A stretch of DNA of 64,000 bases. Origin: Podarcis erhardii (lineage: Eukaryota). Positions within the stretch are counted from its first letter, which is position 1; every line of letters begins with the position of its first letter. The DNA is taken from the NCBI GenBank assembly GCA_964252035.1, contig OZ176201.1. One strand, 5' to 3'. Below the pieces are notes generated by a model. It saw nothing but the letters and a program-made list of their open reading frames with translations, had not been told where the DNA came from and made no database searches. This document shows positions 52,914-64,000 of the stretch, piece by piece. Both the position numbers and the translations under genes were made by a program.

Positions 52914-53436
52914 TGACACCCCCATAAACACAGCAAGAGAGAGCAGTTTCTTTCCTGACAGATTAGAGAATTCTGGGAAATAATTAAATATTTTGGAAAG
53001 CAAAGCCTGGGAAAAGTCTTCAATTAGCAATAATTTTGCCTCAGATTAACCGCTACACTACTACCACTGCACAATTATAGTACCTGCTAGTTCTTTTATA
53101 TAGATGATACATTGCACATAAATATTAATGCAAATGCCTATAGGACAAACAAGGCTCCCTGGACCAGATATTCCCCAGGGAGTAGTAGTAAGGGGTAGGC
53201 ATTCTGCCTCTTAATTGGTCAAACATCCCAGTACCAGCCTATGCATGAAGAAAGCAGTTATGTTAAAGACCCATCAGAAGAGTGATACTGCCTTTAAAAC
53301 CAAGGAACATTTCACTGTAGAGTTTTACACAGGATGAAATGTTACAGATAGGTAGCCGTGTTGGTCTGCCATGGTCAAAACAAAATAAAAAAATTCCTTC
53401 CAGTAGCACCTTAAAGACCAACTGAGTTAGTTCTAG

Positions 53437-53474
53437 GTATGAGCTTTCGTGTGCATGCACACTTCTTCAGATAC
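53437..53474 (-). ncRNA. Mirror-image minimal hammerhead ribozyme on the - strand
   Basis: Exact reverse complement of 53535-53572 within the palindrome. Confidence 0.7.
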
Positions 53475-53534
53475 ACTGAAACAGAAGTCACCGGACCTTT
53501 CTATATAGAAAGGTCCGGTGACTTCTGTTTCAGT

Positions 53535-53572
53535 GTATCTGAAGAAGTGTGCATGCACACGAAAGCTCATAC
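53535..53572 (+). ncRNA. Minimal type I hammerhead ribozyme (Penelope-type), intact core
   Basis: GUAU-CUGAAGA-A-GUGUGC/AU/GCACAC-GAAA-GCUC^AUAC: 4-bp stem I, 6-bp stem II, palindromic AGCU stem III. Predicted cleavage after C53568. Confidence 0.75.
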
Positions 53573-53658
53573 CTAGAACTAACTCAGTTGGTCTTTAAGG
53601 TGCTACTGGAAGGAATTTTTTTATTTTGTTTTGACAGGATGAAATGTACTTGTCATTA

Positions 53659-53900
53659 CAGTGGTACCTCGGGTTACATACGCTTCAGGTTACATACGCT
53701 TCAGGTTATAGACTCCGCTAACCCAGAAATATTACCTCGGGTTAAGAACTTTGCTTCAGGATGAGAACAGAAATCGTGCTCCGGCGGCACGGCGGCAGCG
53801 ATAGGCCCCATTAGCTAAAGTGGTGCTTCAGGTTAAGAACAGTTTCAGGTTAAGTAAGGACCTCTGGAACAAATTAAGTACTTAACCCGAGGTACCACTG
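53659..53900. mobile_element. Tc1/mariner(pogo)-type MITE
   Basis: TIRs cagtggtacctcgggtta / taacccgaggtaccactg with TA on both sides. Confidence 0.92.
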
Positions 53901-54078
53901 TATTAAAAGCTCCAAGGCCCCTTTTCTGACTCGCTTGGGTTGGAGATCTTTCTGGTTATTTTGCCATGGTAGTTTGTCTCTTTGCCCCCCACAGCTGAGG
54001 TCAGGGAGCACAGAAATCTCCCATGGAGCAGAATGCCCCAGGGTGCATTCCACATCTCTCAGGAAGACTTCTCCCAAA

Positions 54079-54227
54079 GTGTAGATAAGGGTTGCAGAAC
54101 CTGTGGCCTTCCAGATGCTGCTGGACTCTGACTCAGCTTCAGCCAATATGGCTAATAGTCGGGGATGATGGGAGTTGTAATCCAGCAACATATGGAGGGC
54201 CACAGGTTCCCCATCTCTGATCTACAT
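54079..54227. mobile_element. Short hAT-like MITE copy
   Basis: Inverted arms gaacctgtggccttccagatgctgctgga / tccagcaacatatggagggccacaggttc. Confidence 0.75.
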
Positions 54228-54473
54228 GCAAGGAGTCACCTTACTGAGTGGTATGGAAAGCACCCTGACCAATAATAATAATAATGATGATGATGATATA
54301 GAATAGAACTTTAGAATGTTAAGGAGAAAACTGTTCTAGAATCCTCTCTGACTTGCCAGCTTTCTGTGTACCAGGAAATGTTGAGGGCAGCAGTGGTCAA
54401 ACATACCAACTAACACCTACAATGTGAAGTGTGACTCATTCAACTCTGATATAGAGTGGCTGTAACAGCAACA

Positions 54474-54684
54474 GGGCACATCCATACTGTACATTTAAAG
54501 CACATCCAATGCACATTTAAAGCACACAACTTCCCCCAAAGAATCCTGGAAACTGTAGTTTGTTAAGGCTGCTAGGAACCGTACCTCTGTAAGGGAAAAC
54601 TACAGTTCCCAGGAATCCTTGGGGGAAGTCATATGCTGTAAATGTGCACTGAATATACTTTAAAGGTATGGTGTGGATCTGACC
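54474..54684. mobile_element. Hairpin MITE-like repeat
   Basis: Arms 54530-54561 and 54597-54628 are reverse complements (3 mismatches in 32). The termini are also inverted-similar. Confidence 0.7.
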
Positions 54685-54687
54685 TAA

Positions 54688-54978
<291 letters not shown>

Positions 54979-55369
54979 TGACATTCATTCTGTCCACACT
55001 GAGTTCATGCAGATACTCACTTCTTTATGGAAATAACTTTGTGGAAATTACTGTTGCAGTGTCATCTTGGCAATGGAGAGAACTGTGTTATTTCCACATG
55101 GATAGTCTCACAGGGAACACAATGGTAAAGCAGCACTCAGCAGGACTGAACCGTGCTCATCAGCTGTCACCCAGTGATGTCAACTGATAGACAGATGGGC
55201 ATGGTTTGGGGAAAACAGCCTCATGGATAAACTTAGATCCCATGGTGGGACAAGAGTTCCTCATGGTCCAGACGTTCCCCACCCCACCGTAAAAGATCAA
55301 GTGCATAGTCGGAAGTTACTCTGTAATGCCACCTTGTCACTGAAGGCTGATTATTGACAGTGGTTATTG

Positions 55370-56040
55370 ACAGCTATGGCTGATTCATCACATATGTCCA
55401 TGTCTGGACAGGGATAGCCTGGCCACACTAATTCACACCCTAGTAGCTTCCTGGATTAACTACTGTAATGCACTTTACATAGGGCAACTCCTGAACACAG
55501 TTCAAAGATTGTCACTAGTTCAGAATGCCAGTTTTTTTAAAGCATCTGCAATGGCTATATGTCACCAAGTCCAGTTCAGACAGTTGACTTTGACGTATAA
55601 AGCTCTGAGTGGCTTGGGCCCGAATTAACTAAAAGAGCACCTCTTGCAATATTGTCCTGCCCATGTGCTGAGATATGTCAGGGAGGCTGTGTTGGTAGTA
55701 GCACCATTAATGGATACCTGATTGACTGAAACTTGGAGATAGGTGCTCTTGGTCATAGCACCACAACTCTGGAGGACTTTCCTCGAGATCAGACAGCTAT
55801 CAATGCAGATGTCCGGTAAAGACATTTCTCTTTAATTAGCTTTCAGACAGCAGGTGTTTTCAGGTAAAGGAACTTGTATATTTTGTATATTGTGATTTTT
55901 TATTAATTTTACTTTTTGAAAGTCTTAAATTGTTATTAATTCTTACAAATTATTTGTTGTTTCATCTTTTTTGTAAACCAATTTGCGGTTTCTTACAATC
56001 AAGTGGTATATAAATTTTAAAAAATAAAAAATAAAATTGA
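55370..56040 (+). mobile_element. Degraded L2 LINE 3' end
   Basis: LDRDSLATLIHTLVASWINYCNALY..LVQNA, TYKALSGLGP remnants; A-rich tail at 56000-56040. Confidence 0.7.
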
Positions 56041-56048
56041 TTAATCAT

Positions 56049-56051
<3 letters not shown>

Positions 56052-56093
<42 letters not shown>
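56052..56093. repeat. (AC)n microsatellite, about 21 units
   Basis: Seen directly. Confidence 0.95.
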
Positions 56094-56099
<6 letters not shown>

Positions 56100-56589
56100 C
56101 TGCATTGTTGTTGTGTACTTTGATTTTATTGGAACCTGCCCTGAGGTGACATGGTAAAGGGTAAAATAAAAATTCCGCAAATAAATAAATAAATACCTTT
56201 CCTATTATTTTATTACAGAGGAGAAAGAGCTGTTCTATAATATGCCTTCTTGAAAAGCCTCCTCCAACTTGTGGAGGGTGATTAGAATGATTGCAAGAAG
56301 GTAGAGCTAATGCACTTACCTATATGCCCCTTGTGTTTACTTTGCCAAAAGAGGGCTAATGAGGCCATGTTCAACTCTCCATGTGGTGTCTGAGACTAGC
56401 AATTTAAATTTGGGAACTTACCCTCAGATATCTACCTGAGCTGCAACTGCAAAGCCCATGAAGGAATTAACAATTTTACATGCAGACACACACAGACTTA
56501 CAGTGATGGCACCCCACCAGCCAAGAAATCTAAGCCCAAACTGAAGGCAGAGTTCATCTTTAGACAAACGTAAGGGAAGGATAAGCTGA

Positions 56590-56817
<228 letters not shown>

Positions 56818-56829
56818 TGAACTAATGTA

Positions 56830-57069
56830 CAGTGGTATCTCGGGTTACATACGCTTCAGGTTACAGACACTTCAGGTTACAGACTCTGCTAACCCAGAAA
56901 TAGTACCTCGGGTTAAGAACTTTGCTTCAGGATGAGAACACAAATCGCACAGCAGTGGCATGGCAGCAGTGGGAGGCCCCATTAGCTAAAGTTTCTTCAG
57001 GTTAAAAACAGTTTCAGGTTAAGAACGGACCTCCGGAACAAATTACGTTCTTAACCCGAGGTACCACTG
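56830..57069. mobile_element. Second copy of the Tc1/mariner-type MITE
   Basis: TA|cagtggtatctcgggtta ... taacccgaggtaccactg|TA; colinear with 53659-53900. Confidence 0.92.
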
Positions 57070-57673
57070 TATTTTAAGGGGGGCCGAGGGATGTATGATA
57101 CTGTATTTGTGCAGTTGTGTGTGTGTAGTCATGCAGATGTACATGTGCCAAATAATTTTGATGCAATGTGCATCAAAGGCAGGGTTGGAGGAGAATCTTG
57201 AGATGCCTTCTTGCAATTGTGAAGGAACTGGAGCTAAGTAAAATCAGGGGAAAAACTCCCTGGCAAGGAGGAAATACTCAAACTTCAGTGCCATTTCTTA
57301 AGTACAAGTTCTCATAATGCCAATTCAAGGCAAGGAAGAGCCAGTGGTTGCTAGACTCTCAGCTGCATCAATGGAGTGCCCCTAGAACTCCTCTCTCCCC
57401 ACCTACCCTGTTACAGCCTGATAAAATGACTGCTGCCAATTGACAGTTGATAGAGGGAAGAGGGTGGCTTCTCAGTAAAGCCAATAGGCAATGTATCAGT
57501 CTGTGAGCAAGGTTTCACTCACAGTTCAAAGCATGCAGGGATTGTCTTGTCACTGACAGCTTTTCAAATGGTCTGAACTGTTACTCGAGGAAAAGAAGCT
57601 ATTTAATAGCTGCATGTATTTTCCAACAGATATCTAAATACCAACTTGTGCATCATTCTGTGCTTTCCTGTAG

Positions 57674-57783
57674 AATCGGACACCACTTATGTTCCAGCGC
57701 ATGGATCTAGCATCCCCATCCCAGGAAGGTGGCCCAGGACAGAATGCTCTCCCTTCTTCACAACTGGATCAAGGGGATGGAAC
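57674..57783 (+). CDS. CACNA1A: CACNA1A exon 41 ([36 protein letters not shown])
   Basis: ctgtag|AAT...GGAAC|gtgagt; 110 nt. Confidence 0.96.
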
Positions 57784-57872
57784 GTGAGTCTTAATCAATA
57801 TAGCTTTCAGACCTGCTATATTCAAAAAGACAACTCAGAAGCAGAATGTGCAGAATCAGACACCTTGTAGAA

Positions 57873-58119
57873 CATGGGTAGGCAAACTAAGGCCCAGGGG
57901 CCGGATCCAGCCCAATCGCCTTCTAAATCCAGCCTGCAGATGGTCTGGGAATCAGTGTGTTTGTACATGAGTAGAATGTGTCCTTTTATTAAAAATGCAT
58001 CTCTGGGTTATTTGTGGGGCATAGGAATTCGTTCATCCCCCCCAAAAAAAATATATGAAAAAAATAGTCTGGCCCCCCACAAGGACTGGCCCCCTGCTGA
58101 AAAAGTTTGCTGACCCCTG
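57873..58119. mobile_element. hAT-type MITE
   Basis: Ends catgggtaggcaaact / agtttgctgacccctg; 8-bp TSD ttgtagaa / ttttagaa (7 of 8 match). Confidence 0.8.
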
Positions 58120-58571
58120 TTTTAGAACCATTATCATAGATTACTAGAAACCCACACAATGATTACCACATCAATAGACATAACTGAAGTCTTCAGCCCA
58201 GAAACACTATAGTGTATTTTTATAGATATTTTCTGCTTTAGATGTTTGTATACAAGCCTTTACTAAATATTATCAAGGGAGTTTATGTCTCGGGTTTTCA
58301 GTATGTCAACTTGAGTGGGGGCTTTTCCTGATTTGGTTCTGTACATGATTGATCCCTGCTGTATTCTTTCCAGGTACTGTATAAGAGATCCTGAAACTAT
58401 CAGATTCTGGCTGTGTTTACTTAGCTGGGAAACTCTTGGGTTTTGAATAGCAGGGAACCTGAAAAGGCAGCTATTGTAGCTATTTCCACAACCCTAATGA
58501 TTCTGTGTCATCAGACTCTGTTTGTGACTGTGCAGCAACTTGTTATAGTCTGACTATTCTTTCTGCTCCAG

Positions 58572-58710
58572 GACCATGCAGGAAGGAGGAATGAAAGAAA
58601 GTGAATCCTGGGTCACACAACGAGCGCAAGAAATGTTCCAGAAGACAGGAACCTGGAGCCCAGAGCCAGGGCGCCCGGAAGAGATACCCAATAGCCGGAC
58701 CAATTCCCAG
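58572..58710 (+). CDS. CACNA1A: CACNA1A exon 42 ([46 protein letters not shown])
   Basis: ctccag|G...CAG|gtggtt; 139 nt. [16 protein letters not shown] is Cav2.1-like. Confidence 0.96.
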
Positions 58711-60089
58711 GTGGTTTGTGTGCCAGCTACGTGCTTGGACTGGCACTTGCCTATCTCTCAATCTTTCTCTCTTCTCTGACCCAGTTTGTCCTCTTGAAAT
58801 CTTTTTAAAGTCTGTTATAATATGCAATCTTTCACTAGAATCATGTTTTGAAAATTCCAGAATCATAGGTCCAGTTCAGGGGAGCAAATAGTTAAGATGT
58901 GGGTCAGGCCAATATGGGTTGAGCTTCAGCTGAAGTTGAAGGAATCGTGTGACACTTGGATCTCATGACAGCCCACATTTACAGCACCCTGTGCAACCTA
59001 CTCTATGAAGTTTTGGTAGCATGACAAAAGGGAGATGAGTTGCAAATTGTACTTGTAGTGAATCAGCTGCAATATCTTTTTGCCATAAACTGAACTCAGC
59101 CTGTGCTTGCTCATATTGCCTTCTTGCCATGCTAATTTAATCATATGAATTCACCTTACCTTAAACAAAGGGGGAGGGGACTCCAAAGGTGAAGCAAAAC
59201 CTCACCACCACCACCACCTAGATTGTAGGGGCTCCACATGAGTTAAATGGAGAAGTATGAATTTTGATGCTCAGTGTTCTTATGGCTTTTCTCAAAATAT
59301 TTGTCCTAAAGATAAAATTGCAGTTATGCTCTGTATCATGAACACAGTGTCATTTGAGAGGTAAATCCATCCTGGCACATTACATGTCATTTTCAGTCAC
59401 AATCTACTGATTTCTTTCCATGGTCATAAGTCTACTACGTTATTGGTACAGATGTTCCTCCGTAGTGTGCATTTGGCTCTCAGCCTATGAACTGGGAGAA
59501 TAGGAGTGATTTCTCCAAGAATACTAGCAATGCCCTCTTTCCTTGCATGATTTTATATGTGGCAGCCTTAGGAGAAAGCGCCTTAGGAGAATTCACCCCT
59601 GCCTCTTGCTGTGTCCTGCAGGCTCCAAAGACTTTGCACAGCATATTTGAACCATTTGTATATCAATGGAGGCTGCTCCATTAAGGCAAATGGGATGCTG
59701 CCCCACCAATGTCTATCTGCCCTCAGCCAGCCCCCATCTGCCTGCCTTCCTCCTTACATCCAGTCCAGAGAATAGCAATGGCTGTCAGCTTCTTCCTCTC
59801 AGTGTTGCCTTTGTAGTACTCACCAGGAAGGAGGTTGAGGAAAAAACCAGAATTAGTTTGTTCTGGCTCCAGTTGCATTTGGTTTCTCTGCCTTCTACCA
59901 CACCAGTCCACACCAGTCACCACTTGTATATGGGGTTCCACAGGACACAGCAGCAATATAACAGCCTGCAGATCCAGAATCTAAAATGTTCATTGCCTCT
60001 GACTTGTATTCCTGGATTTGGGTAGGAAATATATTTATGAGAGGTAGAGAGGAGGAGGTCAAATCACGTTTAGCAGAAGAATACTTAAT

Positions 60090-60473
60090 GACTAGAGGTT
60101 GCCAGCAGCATGAGGCCAGAATAAGTAGATTCTATGTTTGAAGTCCATTGAGTCCTTTAATCTTTGGTCAGTTGTTCCACATCTGTCCCTCCCAGCTCCC
60201 CCAAATCTGGCATCCCATGTGTCGTGACCCCATTGCTTCAGACATGGTATAAAAATGTATCTTTTTGCCCAGGCTTTCTCTGACCCATAAGATTGCCCCC
60301 TTTTTTTTACTTGTATGAATTCTCTAAATTCCTGTTTCTCCTTGGTACTGTTTTACTTGTTTTATGTTGTATTTCTATTTTAATTATGTTGTTTACTGTT
60401 TTTTATGTTGTGCACTTCTTAGAGGCTTTTCAAATACTAAGAGGTTTATAAATGTTTTAAATAAATCAATAAA
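60090..60473 (+). mobile_element. L2 3' end ending 23 nt before exon 43
   Basis: FRHGIKMYLFAQAF remnant, then an AT-rich 3' UTR and tail aataaatcaataaa. Confidence 0.6.
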
Positions 60474-60496
60474 TTCATCTGCTTTGCCTAATCCAG

Positions 60497-60610
60497 TCTG
60501 TAGAGATGCGGGAGATGGCAAGGGAGGGCTACTCAGACAGTGACCAGTACCTGCCCATGGAAGGTCATGGACGTGCTGCCTCCATGCCACGACTGCCTGC
60601 TGAAAACCAG
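60497..60610 (+). CDS. CACNA1A: CACNA1A exon 43 ([38 protein letters not shown])
   Basis: atccag|TCT...CAG|gtgagg; 114 nt; frame-neutral. Confidence 0.96.
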
Positions 60611-61989
60611 GTGAGGGTTTTTTTATCCAGCCCATTTTGAACTTGAGGGCTGTGATGACCTCCCCTTCCTTGCACTCTCTTTTGCCTATAGGGGTAGCAG
60701 TGATCCTCGCTGTCACATGCACATCAAGGATGTAGCAATGTTGGGCTTAGTGCTACCTGGTACTGGTGCAAACTGAAAGAATCCTTGAGTCTTCCTGCTA
60801 CACATCTGTTTCTTAAGGGTGTGTATATCACTCTAAGGAACAGCATGCTCTTTCCAGGAATCGTTTCGGCTTATTAACATGTGCTGAAGGCTTTGCTTTC
60901 ACACAGGAAATGAAAGCCCTGGGCAAGATGAAGGTTCCACAAAGGGGCACCTGAACAAAGAATATTACATATTCTGTAGGGGAGATGCAGGTCAATGGCC
61001 TGTGTGCATCTCCCCATTATGTGTAGTTTAGGTCTAAATGGCATACTGAACCCACCCCCCACCCCCAAGAAAGGGCTAGACTTTATAATACTACCTTTCC
61101 TGCATCCTCTTCATCCTGCAGATTCTCCCCACCCACTTCATGTTAAACCCTTTAAATTCACGGAAGATGCTCATGAAATGATACTTCCTAGCAATACATC
61201 ACAGAATAATGTCTTACATACAAGACAGCAGGTGCCTGTCATCACAATTTATTGGTCCAAATATTAGGGGAAAGCTATCAGGCTTTCTCATTAAAGTCAG
61301 CATTCTGCTGTAGAAGTCATCCCTTATATTTCCAATGCTACCACTGCCTTTTCCTGCAGTGATTCCAATGTAATGGGTCCTCTCCAAGTCCCTTTAGGCA
61401 GCGAATTCCCTCAATACTTTTACAACCTTCTGATCTTTAGCATCTAGTTAGTAGAATACCAAGTAATTCAGACAGCTCAGTTAAACAGCTGGGTAGCAGC
61501 AAGACTGAAGTGGATATTTTCTTCCAGCCTAGTGGCAGTCAGAATCACATGATGAAAATGAAGTCGGAGCAGATGTGTGTAGGCTGTTTGGCCTCCTCGC
61601 TGCCACCAGTCCAACTAAGATCATAGAGTTATACCCTGGTGCATTTATGCCCTGAGGGCATTGAGTGCCTGCTACACATTTCTTTCAATTTGCATCAGTA
61701 GCAGGTGCACAGCAGGAGCAGCATTTGCTGCAATACACGTGTCAGCTCTCCATTAGCAGATCCAGCCCGCTGTGTCTAAGGATGCAGATGTTAAAGAGGA
61801 GAATGAGACATTTCCCTTAAGAAGCATAGAAATATTGGCATGTGAATGTAGTAAAGCAACAAATCCTTCCTGAGAAGGGAAATTGCACCTCTTTGCCAAG
61901 GAAGGTGGGAAGGAGGGTCCTCTGAGTAAGTAACATATGCCATGAATCCCAGCCATGGGACAGAGCACCCTATCAGACAGGAATGTGGA

Positions 61990-62075
61990 ACTCTGGGCCT
62001 CTAGATGTTGTTAGATTTCAACTCCCATTAGCCCATTAGCCAGTGGTCAAGGATGATGGCAGTTGTAGTCCCAAG
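61990..62075. mobile_element. Degenerate short hAT-like MITE copy
   Basis: ctctagatgttgttagatttcaactcccattag...gatgatggcagttgtagtcc. Confidence 0.55.
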
Positions 62076-64000
62076 GCCTTCCCTATTTCTGCTCTGAGAC
62101 CTGGGATCTGGGAATCAGGTTTCTGATCTTGTCTTTGCACTTCTGCTTTCCTACTGGGTTTTCACTGGGGCAATTACCTGTTGTTGTCTTAAGTGGTCTT
62201 GTTTTGAAGGCATAATTTCTGCTAACTTGTTGCTTTGACCAGGCTGGAATTTTATTTTACTTCCTTGGCCCCTGGAGGGCTGTTTTGGTATGCTAGCCTT
62301 GTGCTCAGTCTTCACTTCTCTGATGGGGAGTGGAGGAAAAGGCTAAATTAAACTGTGGCCTGTCACAGCACAGCTGCTGTCAAAGCAAAGCCCGCGTCCT
62401 TCTGCAGCTACTGTCCAGCTAGTAATGTACGCTTCCTGATCTGGCATGAAGCATGCTTTATAGTAGCAAACTTTACAGGGTTGTGAGATGCTATTTCAGC
62501 AGCCAGTGTTGTGCAAGGCGGAAGGTGGGGATGGGATAATGGGCTGGGGGTGAGTGCTCTTTGCTAAGCATGTGCCCAGCAGCAGTCGCTCTTAGCATGC
62601 TCCGCTGTGTGGCAGCATTTACTGCCGTACCAGCAGGCTAAGCATATTTGTGTCTCTGTGTATATGTGTGCAAGTGAGAGCTTGGGCATATTATGAGGTG
62701 AAGACCATGGACAAAATAAATACATTATCTGCTACAATTAGTTTATAACTGTGCCTCCCAATTCTAATAGGGTCTAAATTGTAACTCATAAGTATCTTAG
62801 CAGACACAACTTGTTGAAAACATCAGCTATGGCAACCTAGCTACAAAACACAGACCTTCCCTTTAAGTCAGAGATACATAAATCATGGTTGTCTCGCACC
62901 AAAGCTCAGCATCCTGGACAGCTCCCTGGGCAAGCTGTCCTTCAACCTAGTGGGCCCACTGGTCTTGGAAAGGTCCCAGCAGTAGGCTGCTTGGCATCAT
63001 CCACACTGCATTTTCAACAGTAGGTTTTATTACTCTTAAGATAGTTGTTTTCAAACCTGTTCTGGAGACTCAGGTTCCTCAATGGGTTCCTCAGTAGAAG
63101 AATAGTAATGACAGATAGACCTTAAAGATAACTTGCCAGCCACTTGCAGTACAGAGCCTCAGCGGAATTCTAAGCAGCACATTTTCCTCATATGTGGGCT
63201 TTGTGAAGCAACCCAGCTGGTCTGACAAGTGCACTATGTGAACTAAATGTGCTCCCTAAAACTCTCAGCACAATTTTTTGCAATATACAGATGTTCCTTG
63301 TCAGAAAGGTCAGTGTGATCAGGGTTCTCTGAAGGCGAAGAACTTGAAACAATGGCTTTAAGGCATAGGTTGCCAACCTCTGACACAAGCAGTAGGAGTT
63401 TGTAGTACATGTCGATGGGAAATGGACCTAACAATGGCATGGAATCACAGTGCTCCTACCTGGCTCTCTCATGCTGTGCTATTGTCTACTCCAGTAGACA
63501 GAAGCAAAACAGTTCCATGACACTAGAACATTTTATTATGTACTGCAGAGTGGGGCTGAGTAGCACTGTATTATTCTTTAGATTTGATTTGTGGTTGTAC
63601 ACTTGCCAAAAAAAAAAAGTTGGCCACTGCTGCTTTAAAGCATTTTAGGCTTTTTATCGCTGCCGGATGCTTGCCTGCTATGCCTGTCTGCTGGAGTTGG
63701 ACTGATAAGACCTTCTATGCAGTCTTGATCCAACATCAGCACAGCTCCTAGAAGACGATCCAGTATGTAATAGAAAGTGTTGCTTTCAGCACAGCTGTGA
63801 TGATGAGTTACAGTGCAGAAAGGGGGCATCTGTTTGCAGGGAAGGAGGTGAATGGCGTTGGTTCTCCTTTACTTTTTTGCATGAGCTTTGCATCTGGTAA
63901 TCAAACCTCAAAACGACAGAGGGAGTTATGGCGGGATGAAGCTGCTAAATGCTGCACATCTACTGCCCAAAATAAGGACAGGCTAGAACTTCCTAAAACC

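Larger units (their letters stand above)
53343..53635. mobile_element. Penelope-like retroelement LTR insertion with an inverted duplication (perfect 262-bp palindrome 53374-53635)
   Basis: ggtagccgtgttggtctg...agtagcaccttaaagacc...agctttcgtg is the reptile Penelope LTR signature. 14-bp TSD acaggatgaaatgt at 53329-53342 and 53634-53647. Confidence 0.88.

Noticed and set aside
59622-59657. In-frame 36-nt candidate exon (APKTLHSIFEPF)
   Set aside because: The donor TTT|GTATAT is weak, it lies before rather than after exon 43, and it has no similarity to exon 44.

Overview
This is eukaryotic (squamate) genomic DNA. The Sauria SINE subfamilies suggest a lacertid lizard, which is an inference. 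The whole 64 kb lies inside one + strand gene, CACNA1A (Cav2.1, P/Q-type Ca2+ channel alpha1A). I could map exons 25-43 (numbered by analogy to human), which cover IIIS4 through domain IV, the EF-hand, pre-IQ/IQ and the proximal C-tail. All are in consistent phase: 2311 nt = 1 nt + 770 codons with one exon 37. The window also holds the mutually exclusive exons 37a/37b and two microexons that no ORF caller sees: the 12-nt e24a (SSTR) and a 6-nt e31a that encodes DP rather than the mammalian NP. Intron 38 has a GC donor. Exon 24 and exon 44 were not found in the window. The introns carry Sauria/Squam SINEs, L1, L2 and CR1 fragments, Tc1/mariner-type and hAT-type MITEs, microsatellites and Penelope-like fragments. 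The most notable unexplained structures are: (i) a perfect, loop-less 262-bp palindrome from a Penelope-like insertion that carries an intact minimal hammerhead ribozyme in each arm; (ii) a cluster of splice-regulatory motifs (YCAY x6, TGCATG x4, three acceptors) at 51.5-52.1 kb, ending in a candidate 28-nt poison microexon that creates a stop at its junction with exon 38; (iii) the DP microexon behind a 328-nt AG-free zone. Everything was read by eye, with no database searches.
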